64,000 nucleotides of DNA from an uncultured cyanobacterium (GCA_963706595.1 OY970166.1:1088001-1152000), one strand, 5' to 3'; positions 1 through 10,460 are shown, counted from the first letter of the stretch. A program made the numbers and translations. The notes: generated by a model from the letters alone, not told the origin.

Positions 1-85
1 TGGTCATCTCGTCAGAAATGATGTCAATACTCTCAGTAGTGCTTAATGCTGAGTGGAAGGTTTGTTCTCAGCACTCAGCACTGGT

Positions 86-1042
86 TTAACCAGCCCAAAT
101 TTTATCCAAAACGGTTTGGGGTGAAATATCCGCCATTTCACCTGTTGGTGATTTAATCGCCAGAAATTTATCGCTTTTTGGCAACAACTGCGCTGGATCT
201 GTGGGTCCAAATAGAGCGATAGTATAAGTTTGCACTGCCACACTGAGGTGAAGTAGTGGATCATCAGTTGATAACATCAAACTCGCGCCGCCAATCATGG
301 CAGCTATTTTGCCAATATTATCAGGAGAAGTCACTTTAATACCTGGAGTTCTTTCCAGAAGCGATCGCCTAATTTCCTCATTTTCAGATCCTTGAATTAC
401 CACCACAGGCAAATCTGGCTGCTTTTGCTGACATTCCTGAATAATTTGCTGCCAATTTTTCACAGGGTAGAGTTTATCCACACCTGTGGGAGATACCTCA
501 CTAGAACCAGCATTAATCAATATGTAGCCTGTTTCATTTACCCCCAAGCGTTTTTGTTCATTTTGTGACCACTCAATGTCTGGTTTCGGTACATTCACTG
601 CTAACTCTGGGCAAGGGGTTTTAATTCCAAACGGTTGCAGCAAATCGTGGTAAACTGCCGCCACGTACTTGTTTGGTTGGTATGGTACAGAATCAGTGAG
701 AAAACCTGCTCCTTTACCTTGGTAGCCAACGCGGGTAGGAATTCCCGTTAACCAGAGCAAAAGACCCATTAACCAGCTTTGTCCCACAGTGATGACGGCA
801 TCATACTCGCGATCGCGAATCGTGCCAACCAGATTGCTCCAATCCGCCAGACTGTTGCGGTCTTGATAATCAAAGGCCAGAACATCATTAACTGACTTGC
901 TCACCCGATAGGCAGCCTTTGACCGGGGTTCCACAACGACATCTAACTGAGCGTTAGGGTAGGAACGCTTCAGATCATCTAGTGTCGGGAAGAAAAGAAT
1001 TTGGTCACCAATTCCACCAGGAACAAGGGCTACTACTCGCAT
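86..1042 (-). CDS. glycosyltransferase family 9 (ADP-heptose:LPS heptosyltransferase-like)
   Basis: N-terminal GGIGDQIL..P motif and C-terminal D...HL..A....TIALFGPTDP motif typical of GT9. Confidence 0.9.
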   Translation of the reverse strand: MRVVALVPGGIGDQILFFPTLDDLKRSYPNAQLDVVVEPRSKAAYRVSKSVNDVLAFDYQDRNSLADWSNLVGTIRDREYDAVITVGQSWLMGLLLWLTGIPTRVGYQGKGAGFLTDSVPYQPNKYVAAVYHDLLQPFGIKTPCPELAVNVPKPDIEWSQNEQKRLGVNETGYILINAGSSEVSPTGVDKLYPVKNWQQIIQECQQKQPDLPVVVIQGSENEEIRRSLLERTPGIKVTSPDNIGKIAAMIGGASLMLSTDDPLLHLSVAVQTYTIALFGPTDPAQLLPKSDKFLAIKSPTGEMADISPQTVLDKIWAG

Positions 1043-1093
1043 AATATTTATTGACGCGTACTCGCTCTTAATTTTAGGTGAATATAGTCAATC

Positions 1094-1252
1094 AATTTTG
1101 GATTTAAGATTTAAGATTTTAGATTTAAGATTGACCCCCATATTCAATTTTAGATTTAAGATTTAGGATTTTAGATTGACCGCCTGATCAAGTAGCACAA
1201 CAAAATTCCGGCTCCCTCTCCTTACTAAGGAGAGGGTTGGGGTGAGGTTCTA
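1094..1252. repeat. repeat unit (TTTA(A/G)GA heptamers plus CCCTCTCCTT..TAAGGAGAGGG hairpin), left copy of an inverted pair flanking ispD
   Basis: Largely the reverse complement of 1976-2090. Confidence 0.85.
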
Positions 1253-1291
1253 TATTATTGGTTATTAGTCGTTAATGTCTTGAGGTTTTCT

Positions 1292-1972
1292 GTGTATTTA
1301 CTCATTCCATCGGCGGGTATTGGCAAAAGAATGGGAGGAACCCGGAATAAACTCCTCCTGGAAGTGCGATCGCAAGCAATCATTGCTTGGACGCTCAAAG
1401 CGGCAGCAGCAGCCAGTAAAATCAAGTGGATCGGGATTATTTCTCAACCTTGTGATTGGCCTGAATTTAAAGAAATTATCGCTGATTTAAATCTGACTAA
1501 ACCAGTGGAGTTTATTGTCGGGGGGGACACCCGTCAAGAATCGGTTTACAACGGCTTGCAGGCGCTCCCAGCCACCGCAGAACAAGTATTAATTCACGAT
1601 GGCGCTCGATGTTTAGCCACACCAGATTTACTCGACTCCTGCGCCGAAGCTATCCGCCAATGTTCTGGTTTAATTGCGGCTGTACCCGTGAAAGATACAA
1701 TCAAAGTTGTGGATGAGCATGGCATTATTCTAAGCACACCCGACCGACGGCAATTATGGGCAGCACAAACACCCCAAGGGTTTAATGTCAAGTTATTGAA
1801 AGAATGTCATGCCCAAGGTGTGCGTCAGGGTTGGGAAGTTACCGATGATGCGGCTTTATTTGAAAAATGCGGTATTGAAGTCCAAATTGTCCCCGGAGAA
1901 GAGACTAATTTAAAAATTACCACTCCTCAAGATTTAGCGATCGCTGAATTTATCCTCAGTAACAGAGAATAG
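1292..1972 (+). CDS. ispD: 2-C-methyl-D-erythritol 4-phosphate cytidylyltransferase
   Basis: LIPSAGIGKRMG..NK, GGDTRQESV, IHDGARC, AQTPQGF, TDDA and NLKITTPQDL motifs; GTG start at 1292 preferred. Confidence 0.97.
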   Translation: MYLLIPSAGIGKRMGGTRNKLLLEVRSQAIIAWTLKAAAAASKIKWIGIISQPCDWPEFKEIIADLNLTKPVEFIVGGDTRQESVYNGLQALPATAEQVLIHDGARCLATPDLLDSCAEAIRQCSGLIAAVPVKDTIKVVDEHGIILSTPDRRQLWAAQTPQGFNVKLLKECHAQGVRQGWEVTDDAALFEKCGIEVQIVPGEETNLKITTPQDLAIAEFILSNRE

Positions 1973-1975
1973 GGA

Positions 1976-2090
1976 TAGAACCTCACCCCAACCCTCTCCT
2001 TGCTAAGGAGAGGGAGCCGGAATTTTGTTGTCCTACTGAATATGGGGGTCAATCCAAAATCTAAAATCTAAAATCTAAAATCTAAAATTG
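1976..2090. repeat. repeat unit, right (inverted) copy flanking ispD, ending in (AAATCTA)n
   Basis: Reverse complement of 1094-1252. Confidence 0.85.
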
Positions 2091-2091
2091 T

Positions 2092-2631
2092 ATGACTACA
2101 GCAACAAAGATAGAAGCGATTCTGTATTTAAAAGGTAAGCCCTTGTCCCTGAGCGAAATCGCCGAGTATGCAGGGTGCGATCGCGCCACAGTCGAAGAAG
2201 GCATAATGGAACTAATGGATAATTATGCTCATAGAGAAACTGCTTTAGAAGTCGTAGAAACTCCCACTGGTTATAGTTTGCAACTGCGGTCTGATTTTCA
2301 TGACTTGGTACAAACGCTGATTCCTGTAGAATTAGGCTTGGGAGCATTAAGGACATTAGCTGCGATCGCACTGCATAATCCCATACTCCAAACTGATTTA
2401 ATTGAACTGCGTGGTTCAGGAGTCTATCAACACGTCCCGGAACTGGTCGAACTTGGTTTTGTGCGGAAACGTCGAGACAATGAGTCTCGCTCCTACTCGC
2501 TACAAGTCACACCGAAATTTCATCAGTATTTTCAACTTGAACAACTGCCCCAAATCCTAGAATACAGCCACAAAGAAGAACAACTAGAATTAGACCTCAC
2601 ACCCAAAGAAGAAGTAAAACCTGCTAGTTAA
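2092..2631 (+). CDS. scpB: SMC-Scp complex subunit ScpB
   Basis: IEAILY..G.PLS, ALRTLAAIA..NPI....LIELRG, T.KF..YF.L..LP. Confidence 0.95.
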   Translation: MTTATKIEAILYLKGKPLSLSEIAEYAGCDRATVEEGIMELMDNYAHRETALEVVETPTGYSLQLRSDFHDLVQTLIPVELGLGALRTLAAIALHNPILQTDLIELRGSGVYQHVPELVELGFVRKRRDNESRSYSLQVTPKFHQYFQLEQLPQILEYSHKEEQLELDLTPKEEVKPAS

Positions 2632-2788
2632 ACAAAATCTCATCCACAAAAGTTTTTTAGGCAAAATTTCTCTGTTGTAGACATAGACAGGGCTTTCCTA
2701 GATTAAAGTCCAACCTATACCAATAGAGAATGCAATAGGCTTGTACTATGGTTTAGAGTAGAATCAGCAACTAAGCTAAAATTTGCCA

Positions 2789-3136
2789 ATGGTGTTTGAC
2801 CCTGACTTTTTGAATGATAACTCCGAGGAAAATCCCAATCAGCTTCTGAACGACCATTTTGAGGAAAATCCGAATCAGTTACTCAAATATTTACAGCATC
2901 AGCCTCCTGAAGTTCTAGCCCGTGTCGCCCAGTCCGTCAGCCCGGAAATTAAGCATATAATTTCGCAAAACGTCCAAGGGCTAGTGGGAATGCTTCCCGC
3001 AGAGAATTTCAACGTGCAGATTACCACAGATAGGGATAACTTAGCTGGGCTTCTAGCATCGGCGATGATGACAGGATACTTCCTCCGCCAGATGGAACAA
3101 AGAATGCAGTTGGAGCATTTGTCTAATAATCAATAG
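2789..3136 (+). CDS. DUF760 domain protein
   Basis: NQLLKYLQ..PE, QNVQGLVGMLP..F.VQITT.RDNLAGLLASAMMTGYFLR. Confidence 0.85.
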   Translation: MVFDPDFLNDNSEENPNQLLNDHFEENPNQLLKYLQHQPPEVLARVAQSVSPEIKHIISQNVQGLVGMLPAENFNVQITTDRDNLAGLLASAMMTGYFLRQMEQRMQLEHLSNNQ

Positions 3137-3148
3137 TCAACAGCACAA

Positions 3149-4363
3149 CTACTTTTTGTCAGGATAGGAGCCTGATTGCACTTTCAAAGTTTGGACTTTA
3201 CCATTGCGGTTAACTTCAATTTCCAGGATATCCCCAACCGTGCTAGACTCTACCAGCTTCTGGACTAGGGCTGCGATTTTGACTGGTTTACCGTTGATTT
3301 TTTGAATCACGTCTCCAGGAAGCAGCCCCGATTCTTCTGCTGGTGAATTTTCCATGACTCCCAAAATCACAACACCCGTTTTCGGCTGAATGTTGAGATT
3401 TTTTGCTTGATTCATCTCTCGTCTTTTAGTGGGAGATAAATCTGTCATTTGAATCCCCAAAAAAGGATGTTCTGCGCGTCCTTTGGTAAATAGTTCATTA
3501 GCAATACGAGCAGCCGTTTCAATCGGAATAGCAAAGCCCAAGCCTTGAGCATCGGCGCGGATAGCAGTGTTAATCCCAATAACTTCACCTTGGGCGTTTA
3601 ACAAAGGACCGCCAGAGTTACCAGGATTAATTGCTGCATCAGTTTGAATAAAACTGACTCGCTTATCTGGGACACCAACTTGAGCGCTGGTGCGACCAGT
3701 AGCGCTAATAATACCGATAGTGACAGTATTATCTAAACCTAAAGGATTGCCAATAGCGATCGCCCATTGTCCGGGAATTAAATTTTGCGAATTGCCTAAC
3801 TTCACTACGGGCAATTTATTTTCGGAAATTTTCACCACGGCGACATCGGTAATCGGATCAACTCCCACCACTCTCCCCTTAAAAGTCCGACCATCTTTGA
3901 GAGTGACTTGTACAGTATCTGTATCCGCCACCACATGGGCATTAGTCAGCAATAGACCATTTTCCCTCAAAATAAATCCTGACCCCGTACCACGCTCAAT
4001 TCGTTCTCTAGGAATGGGTTGCTCATCATCCCCAAAAAAGCGCCGCAAGAGGGGATTTTTCAAAGCGTCTGAAATGGGATTGGGAACCTTGCGGGTAGCA
4101 TTAATGCGTACTACTGCCGGGCCGACTTTCTGCACTGCTGAAGCAATAAAATTCAGGTTATCACCCCCAGTAGCGCCAATAGCTCCGCCCACAGGATTAG
4201 GAACCACAGAGTCTGGAGAAGATGACACCGTAACATTTCTTAATTCTTTAAATGAGCGATTGTATGGCAAAAGATAATGACTGCCCAGCACACCTGCACC
4301 ACTACCAATCGCCAGTAGAGATAGATAAATAGCTAATTGCTTTAAGGGTAAGTTCATAATCAT
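3149..4363 (-). CDS. HtrA/HhoA/HhoB family trypsin-like serine protease with PDZ domain
   Basis: GTGSGFI, LTNAHVV, DVAVVKI and QTDAAINPGNSGGPL motifs; C-terminal PDZ; N-terminal membrane anchor. Confidence 0.95.
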   Translation of the reverse strand: MIMNLPLKQLAIYLSLLAIGSGAGVLGSHYLLPYNRSFKELRNVTVSSSPDSVVPNPVGGAIGATGGDNLNFIASAVQKVGPAVVRINATRKVPNPISDALKNPLLRRFFGDDEQPIPRERIERGTGSGFILRENGLLLTNAHVVADTDTVQVTLKDGRTFKGRVVGVDPITDVAVVKISENKLPVVKLGNSQNLIPGQWAIAIGNPLGLDNTVTIGIISATGRTSAQVGVPDKRVSFIQTDAAINPGNSGGPLLNAQGEVIGINTAIRADAQGLGFAIPIETAARIANELFTKGRAEHPFLGIQMTDLSPTKRREMNQAKNLNIQPKTGVVILGVMENSPAEESGLLPGDVIQKINGKPVKIAALVQKLVESSTVGDILEIEVNRNGKVQTLKVQSGSYPDKK

Positions 4364-4499
4364 CAGGTTTAGACAGCAGTGCAGTTGCTAATTCCTAAGT
4401 GTAGTCAAGCCAACGGCGAGTGAACAGATAAATTTACATAAAACTAGACAATATTTTTGGTAAAAACGGGGATCAGAGTCCAGACAAAGGTAGAAAGGA

Positions 4500-4970
4500 G
4501 AAGAGGCAGGGGAGCAGGGCGCACCGGAGTAAGGGGGGGGGGTTAAGAGGCAGGGGTGCAGGGAGCAGGGGGCAAGGGGGAGTAAGAAATTACTTTAAAC
4601 TTCCAGGACTTACTTAAACAAAATTTGTCATTGCGACCGGAACGCAGAGTAGGGAAGCAATCCCAGAGTTTTAGGCGATTACGTCGCTATCGCTTGTAAT
4701 GACTAATTACGTTAATTTTGCGTAAGTCCTAACTTCCGGTTACTTAACAACCATTCCTCTTCTCCCCTGCACCCTGCCCCCTGCCCCCCTGCCTCTTCTC
4801 CCCCCTGCACCCTGCCCCCTGCCCCCCTGCCTCTTCTCCCCTGCACCCTGCCCCCTGCCCCCCTGCCTCTTCTCTCCCCTGCACCCTGCACCCTGCCCCC
4901 CTGCCTCTTCTCCCCTGCACCCTGCCCCCTGCCCCCGTTCCTCTTCTCCCCTGCCTCTTAACTCCCCACA
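4500..4970. repeat. dispersed element: GGCAGGG/CCCTGCC heptamer arms around a conserved AT-rich core (other copies at ~8560-8700 inverted, ~23975-24150, ~33348-33480)
   Basis: Core GGGGGAGT.A.AAATTA.TTTAAACTTCCGGTTACTTAACAACC shared by four loci. Confidence 0.9.
4605..4730. mobile_element. 126-bp MITE with AGGACTTAC...GTAAGTCCT terminal inverted repeats and 7-bp target duplication AACTTCC
   Basis: AACTTCC at 4598-4604 and 4731-4737; the uninterrupted (empty) site is present in the other three host-repeat copies. Confidence 0.85.
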
Positions 4971-5022
4971 AATCGATTCGCCAACTAAAATCTAAAGTTA
5001 GCGCTCTGTTGACTTTTGATAT

Positions 5023-5901
5023 ATGAATTTTCCCTATCGTCTACTTTTGCTCTGTAGCCTAGTTGGTACTGTCGGGTTAACATCCACACCCCTGAACTCG
5101 AACAGCGCCCATGCAGCCCCTAGTTGTCCAACTCCGGCGTTATCTCGCTTCCAGCGCCATCAAGTTAATCGTGGCGAAACTTTGGAGAGCATAGCACAGC
5201 GTTACAATCTCACGCCTACAACGCTAATCAATATGAATCCTGCTGTCAGAAACGGTAGCGTGACTGTTGGTAGCGAGCTACAAATTCCTCCCTTTAATGG
5301 GTTTGTGGTAGAAGTGCCTCGTGGACAAACTTGGCGAGATATGGCAAAAAAATATGAAGTTCGTGCTGATACGCTGTTTGAAATCAATGGTTGTCAACAA
5401 AATCTCAGGGTTGCTTTTATTCCAGTAGGAAATGTCTCTCCCAGTCGCCCCATAACTGCGTCTCCCGCCCCTGCTGATAGTCAGCCTATATCCATTTCTG
5501 GCTATCCTTTGCAGAAAATGGCCTCTGTGTTACTTCCTTATGGCTGGCAGATTAATCCTACTACTGGTGCGGTGTTTTTCCATAGTGGTGTAGATTTGTT
5601 GGCTGCTGTGGGTAATCCTGTACAAGCGATCGCACCTGGAACTATAGTCTTTGCTAATGACCAAGGGACTTATGGCCAGTTGGTGATTATTAATCATGCT
5701 GGCAATCTGCAAAGCCGTTACGCCCATCTGGGGGAAATTAAGGTTTCTGTAGGTCAAAAAGTGAATGCAGGTGACTTACTAGGAACTGTAGGCACGACTG
5801 GAGAGCCTACCGGAGGTCGGACACACCTCCATTTTGAAATGCGTTCTAGCTCTGATTTGGGTTGGGTGGCTGAAGATCCTAAAGGTTATTTACAGCAGTG
5901 A
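5023..5901 (+). CDS. LysM-domain M23 family peptidoglycan metallopeptidase
   Basis: Signal peptide, LysM (HQVNRGETLESIAQRYNL), HSGVDL, YAHL and HLHFE motifs. Confidence 0.93.
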   Translation: MNFPYRLLLLCSLVGTVGLTSTPLNSNSAHAAPSCPTPALSRFQRHQVNRGETLESIAQRYNLTPTTLINMNPAVRNGSVTVGSELQIPPFNGFVVEVPRGQTWRDMAKKYEVRADTLFEINGCQQNLRVAFIPVGNVSPSRPITASPAPADSQPISISGYPLQKMASVLLPYGWQINPTTGAVFFHSGVDLLAAVGNPVQAIAPGTIVFANDQGTYGQLVIINHAGNLQSRYAHLGEIKVSVGQKVNAGDLLGTVGTTGEPTGGRTHLHFEMRSSSDLGWVAEDPKGYLQQ

Positions 5902-5954
5902 GGATTTTAACGCAAAGGGGCGCAGAGGTGAGCGCAAAGGTACGCGGAGGAATT

Positions 5955-6980
5955 TTAAAGGGTTTGAGTCGATTTGATTATTTGCATTCCGGCTTCTGCA
6001 AATTTTCTAAATGCTCTATCTGCTTGTTCTGTGTAGTCCACTACACCAGGGACGACCACAGGGGATGTGCAGTCTTCTAGTAAATAAATTTTTTGGCTCA
6101 GGGTGCTATCTATCTGTTTAATTTCTGTGAGTAAATCGTCAATTGTCCAGGCTACGCAGTGGCTTTTGGCTTGACCTGCAATTATTACAGCATCAAATTC
6201 TAACAGTTGTTTAATTAGGCGGGTGTTTTTTTGGGCGAGTGGGTTTTGCTTAAAATCTGTTAAAACTTCTGGGCTTAAAACGGAGTAGTTTTCTGTTAAG
6301 GGGTTATCTCCTTTAATTTCAAATTGCGTCTGAGTTTGACGCGCAATGCTATGGAAAAATATTGCTGATTCAACTGATGAAACTAAGGCATGACCAATTC
6401 CGCCTAACATGGAATGATAAGGCCAAACTGTGAGGGGATATTTACCATTTTGGCTGAGTTGTTTAACGTAATGGTAAGCGTGTTTTTCTAATAGTTCATA
6501 ATTGCCATTAGTAATACTGTTAGCCACTGCTGGGTTAACTTTCCAAATACCGTTTTCTATATCGGCTGGGGTAATGTTAGTTGCGGCTGGGGTCGGGTGT
6601 TCACCTGCATCATTTATCCAAAATATGGGATGAAAAATTTGGGTTGCGGTGTGGGTGTCTAATGTGGGAATAATTTTGGTAATTAGTCCTAAGTTATGAT
6701 AAATAAACTCACATATCCGCCGATTATCATCAACTGCCCCAGTCCCAGATTTTCCGCCGACAAATAATTCAAATCCAGGGATACAGAATGTGTTCTGCAC
6801 ATCAATTAAAAGTAAGCAAATATTGGTTTTATCTAAAGCTGCTGGTTGAATATTATATTGTTCTGCCCAAGCTTCGGCTGCTGCGGCTATTTCTTGATAG
6901 GGTACACGCCAAACTTCGCCAACTTTTTCAGCGTTGAAGTAAGGAGGAATTGGTAGTTGAGTTTTTATGAAATTATTCAT
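5955..6980 (-). CDS. isochorismatase/nicotinamidase-like cysteine hydrolase
   Basis: LLIDVQNTFC, TLDTH, WPYH, GQAKSHCV and LLEDCTSPV motifs. Confidence 0.85.
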   Translation of the reverse strand: MNNFIKTQLPIPPYFNAEKVGEVWRVPYQEIAAAAEAWAEQYNIQPAALDKTNICLLLIDVQNTFCIPGFELFVGGKSGTGAVDDNRRICEFIYHNLGLITKIIPTLDTHTATQIFHPIFWINDAGEHPTPAATNITPADIENGIWKVNPAVANSITNGNYELLEKHAYHYVKQLSQNGKYPLTVWPYHSMLGGIGHALVSSVESAIFFHSIARQTQTQFEIKGDNPLTENYSVLSPEVLTDFKQNPLAQKNTRLIKQLLEFDAVIIAGQAKSHCVAWTIDDLLTEIKQIDSTLSQKIYLLEDCTSPVVVPGVVDYTEQADRAFRKFAEAGMQIIKSTQTL

Positions 6981-7332
6981 TTTAAATATTTAATTTAATT
7001 TAAAATCTTAGCAAAAAACATCATCATTTGAACATTCTCACAGAAGCGATTTGAGATTTCTGTTCATTTAATCCAAAATCCAAAATCTAAAATTATTTGA
7101 CTTGGCGTTCTTGGCTTCTTGGCGGTTCGTTATTCAAACCCAGTGCGATCGCCTCCCAGTTCGATTTTAAAGTATTTTTCATAACTCAGTAAACAGGCGA
7201 TCGCTACTCCAATCTAATTTTTATCTACTCTTTTGTCCTCTCATCGCCCAAAAATACTCTGAATGTGGCAATCTGAGAGACAGAGACTTTCAATCTGATA
7301 TTTTAACTACAGCAAATTTACCTAATTAGGTT

Positions 7333-8559
7333 ATGCAAACTCTGCCAACTCCTACAACCATTGACACCACAGCAGATCAACCCATCTTTGACACCAAAAT
7401 TCAGAGGCGTAAAACCCGACCTGTAAAAGTGGGAAATGTCACTATTGGGGGTAACTACCCAGTGGTAGTGCAGTCGATGATTAACGAGGATACACTTGAT
7501 ATTGATGGTTCCGTAGCAGCGATTCGTCGTTTACACGAAATAGGCTGTGAAATTGTCCGCGTCACAGTCCCAAGTATGGCTCATGCTAGAGTCATGGCGG
7601 AAATTAAACAAAGATTAATTAAAACTTACCAAGATGTGCCAATTGTAGCCGATGTGCATCACAATGGCCTGAAAATCGCCTTGGAAGTCGCCAAGCACAT
7701 CGAAAAAGTGCGAATTAATCCGGGGTTGTATGTGTTTGAGAAACCCAACTCCAATAGAAGCGAATACACTAAAACCGAATTTGATGAAATTGGCGACAAA
7801 ATTCGCGAAACTCTAGCACCTTTAGTAGTTTCCTTACGAGATCAAGGTAAAGCCATGCGAATTGGCGTAAATCATGGTTCTCTCGCCGAAAGAATGCTAT
7901 TTACCTACGGCGACACCCCAGAAGGAATGGTGGAATCTGCCTTAGAATTTATTCGCATTTGTGAATCTTTAGATTTCCGTAACTTGGTAATTTCCATGAA
8001 AGCCTCACGAGTGCCGGTGATGATAGCCGCTTATCGAATGATGGCTAAACGCTTGGATGAACTGGGTATGGATTATCCCTTGCATTTAGGGGTAACAGAA
8101 GCTGGCGACGGTGAATATGGACGCATTAAATCCACAGCCGGAATTGCCACATTACTAACTGATGGCATTGGTGATACAATTCGCGTCTCACTTACAGAAG
8201 CCCCAGAAAAAGAAATTCCCGTCTGTTACAGCATTCTGCAAGCTTTGGGATTGCGGAAAACAATGGTTGAGTATGTTGCTTGTCCTTCTTGTGGGCGGAC
8301 TTTATTTAATTTAGAGGAAGTTTTACACAAAGTTAGGGAAGCCACCAAGCACTTAACTGGGTTGGATGTAGCCGTAATGGGTTGCATTGTCAACGGACCG
8401 GGAGAAATGGCAGATGCCGACTACGGTTATGTTGGTAAAACACCAGGTTACATTTCTTTATATCGTGGCCGAGAAGAAATAAAAAAAGTCCCAGAAGCCC
8501 AAGGTGTTGAGGAATTGATTAACCTGATTAAGGCAGATGGACGCTGGCTAGAACCATAA
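7333..8559 (+). CDS. ispG: (E)-4-hydroxy-3-methylbut-2-enyl-diphosphate synthase
   Basis: [41 protein letters not shown] and [10 protein letters not shown] motifs. Confidence 0.98.
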   Translation: MQTLPTPTTIDTTADQPIFDTKIQRRKTRPVKVGNVTIGGNYPVVVQSMINEDTLDIDGSVAAIRRLHEIGCEIVRVTVPSMAHARVMAEIKQRLIKTYQDVPIVADVHHNGLKIALEVAKHIEKVRINPGLYVFEKPNSNRSEYTKTEFDEIGDKIRETLAPLVVSLRDQGKAMRIGVNHGSLAERMLFTYGDTPEGMVESALEFIRICESLDFRNLVISMKASRVPVMIAAYRMMAKRLDELGMDYPLHLGVTEAGDGEYGRIKSTAGIATLLTDGIGDTIRVSLTEAPEKEIPVCYSILQALGLRKTMVEYVACPSCGRTLFNLEEVLHKVREATKHLTGLDVAVMGCIVNGPGEMADADYGYVGKTPGYISLYRGREEIKKVPEAQGVEELINLIKADGRWLEP

Positions 8560-8815
8560 AAGGGGAGTGGGGAGAAGAGGAACGGGGGCAGGGGGCAGGG
8601 TGCAGGGGAGAAGAGGAAAGGTTGTTAAGTAACCGGAAGTTTAAAGTAATTTCTAACTCCCCCTTGCTCCCTGCTCCCCGCTCCCCTGCCTCTTCTCCCC
8701 GGATTGTCAAGTATTTTAATGAAATTAGTAACATGAGCTTGGTCTGTACAGTGTAACCCTGTGTTAGATTGGGCATACTGACGATATATTCCTCCCTCTG
8801 ACGCAGTCTGTCATT

Positions 8816-10099
8816 ATGGTGATTACAAAGAGTAGACTTGTTTTGGGTGCTACGGCGGTGACGCTTTCCACGATTGCTGTTACTAGCTTGGGCATTCACT
8901 CGCGAGGTCAAGCTTTATTTAAAGCAAGTCCCAAAGAATTGGTAGATGAGGTTTGGCAAATTGTTCAGCGCCAATATGTAGACGGTACTTTTAATCAAGT
9001 GGATTGGCTGGCTGTGCGGAAGGAGTACTTAGGCAAGTCCTACAGTAGTCAGCAAGATGCCTATACATCCATCCGGGAAATGCTGAAGAAGCTGGATGAT
9101 CCTTATACCCGGTTTATGGACCCAGAAGAGTTCAAGAATATGCAGGTGGATACTTCTGGGGAACTCACTGGTATTGGCATCACCATCAGTCAAGATGAAG
9201 AAACCAAGAAGATTGTGGTGATTTCGCCTATTGATGATACACCCGCATTTAAGGCGGGCATTTTGGCGAAGGATATCATTACAAAAATTAATGGTAAAAG
9301 CACTGAGGGGATGGATACTAACCAAGCCGTATCCCTGATTCGTGGTGAGCCAGGAACGAAAATAAACTTGACAGTTGAACGTGACGGTCAACCTAAAGAG
9401 TTTGAAATCACACGCGCCCGCATTGAAATTCATCCAGTTAAATATTCCACACAGCCAACTCCAGCAGGTAAACTCGGTTACATTCGCTTGAATCAGTTCA
9501 GCGCCAATGCTAGCCGGGAAATGCAAAGCGCGATCAGAGATTTAGAAAGGCAACGGGTAGACGGATATATTCTGGATTTACGTGGGAATCCAGGTGGTTT
9601 ACTCTTCTCTAGTGTGGAAATTGCTCGCATGTGGCTGGATAAAGGGACAATTGTTTCTACGATTGACCGCCAGGGTGAACAAGAACGGGAAGTGGCTAGG
9701 GGTCGGGCTTTGACGAATAAACCTCTGGTGGTTTTAGTTGATAAAGGATCAGCCAGCGCCAGTGAAATTCTTTCTGGAGCTTTGCAGGATAATAAACGTG
9801 CCGTTTTGGTGGGTTCTCAAACTTTCGGTAAAGGTTTAGTGCAGTCTGTGCGTCCTTTAGAAGATGGTTCGGGTTTAGCGGTGACAATTGCTAAATATAT
9901 TACTCCCAATGGTACAGATATCAATAAACACGGCGTTGACCCTGATGTGACTGTGGACTTGTCTGATGAGCAACGTGAGGAATTATGGCTGAAACAGCGT
10001 GAAAAACTGGCTACTCTAGCAGACCCTCAATTTGCTAAAGCTGTAGAAGTTTTGGGTAAACAAATTGCTGGTAGAGGTCTAACGAGTTCAGAGAAATAG
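8816..10099 (+). CDS. S41 family carboxyl-terminal processing protease (CtpC-like)
   Basis: DPYTRF, PDZ domain, LDLRGNPGG, SASASEI and FGKGLVQ motifs. Confidence 0.93.
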   Translation: MVITKSRLVLGATAVTLSTIAVTSLGIHSRGQALFKASPKELVDEVWQIVQRQYVDGTFNQVDWLAVRKEYLGKSYSSQQDAYTSIREMLKKLDDPYTRFMDPEEFKNMQVDTSGELTGIGITISQDEETKKIVVISPIDDTPAFKAGILAKDIITKINGKSTEGMDTNQAVSLIRGEPGTKINLTVERDGQPKEFEITRARIEIHPVKYSTQPTPAGKLGYIRLNQFSANASREMQSAIRDLERQRVDGYILDLRGNPGGLLFSSVEIARMWLDKGTIVSTIDRQGEQEREVARGRALTNKPLVVLVDKGSASASEILSGALQDNKRAVLVGSQTFGKGLVQSVRPLEDGSGLAVTIAKYITPNGTDINKHGVDPDVTVDLSDEQREELWLKQREKLATLADPQFAKAVEVLGKQIAGRGLTSSEK

Positions 10100-10214
10100 T
10101 GAATTTATGGCTGATGCTAAAGGGGTGTAAGGTTTTGCGCCCCTTCGTATCAGGGTTTTCCTAGAAATAAATTAGAGATCGACTTAATTTAAATATGCTT
10201 TTTCCAAAACCCTT

Positions 10215-10242
10215 GTAGAAACGTTTCATGGAACGTCTCTAC
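10215..10242. repeat. REP-like GTAG palindrome (GTAGA.ACGTT.CATGGAACGTCTCTAC); second copy at ~47230-47257
   Basis: Near-perfect inverted repeat, present twice in the window. Confidence 0.75.
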
Positions 10243-10254
10243 TTTGTGGAATAT

Positions 10255-10460
10255 TTGACATACCTCCTCTTCCTGAAGGAGAGAGGATTCCTTAACGCTT
10301 CATTGGGTTGTGCTATCGAAATAGTCTTACCATCCCTCGACGTTCGTTTAAAGTCTCCCAATGCCCTATGGCGACTATATTCCCATTTTACCAGAAAGCC
10401 GTCCTCAAAGGCTTGTACTGAGCTTGTCGAAGTGACGGGGCTTGTATCCCGTTATTCTCG
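10255..10460 (-). mobile_element. non-autonomous IS200/IS605-family mini element with left end, omegaRNA-like scaffold and right end, and no tnpA/tnpB
   Basis: Minus strand: TTGAC target (10461-10465), left-end hairpin AAGCCCCGTC..CTTTGAGGACGGCTTT, GTAAGAC..TGAAGCG..GAATCCTCTCTCCTTCAGGAAGAGGAGGTATGTCAA right end. Confidence 0.75.

Noticed and set aside
3690..4277. long antisense or alternate-frame ORFs (e.g. 3690-4277, 9029-9526, 24166-24846, 27031-27462, 32739-33173, 41410-41835)
   Set aside because: Shadows of well-supported genes on the opposite strand or in another frame.
4500..4970. possible CRISPR array
   Set aside because: Tandem heptamers without unique spacers; no cas genes. No repeat-spacer array was seen anywhere in the window.
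4744..4971. 75-aa G/R/A-rich ORF (also 8528-8911, 30734-30937, 43361-43567, 23066-23272)
   Set aside because: Largely translations of heptamer tandem repeats; no protein-like features.
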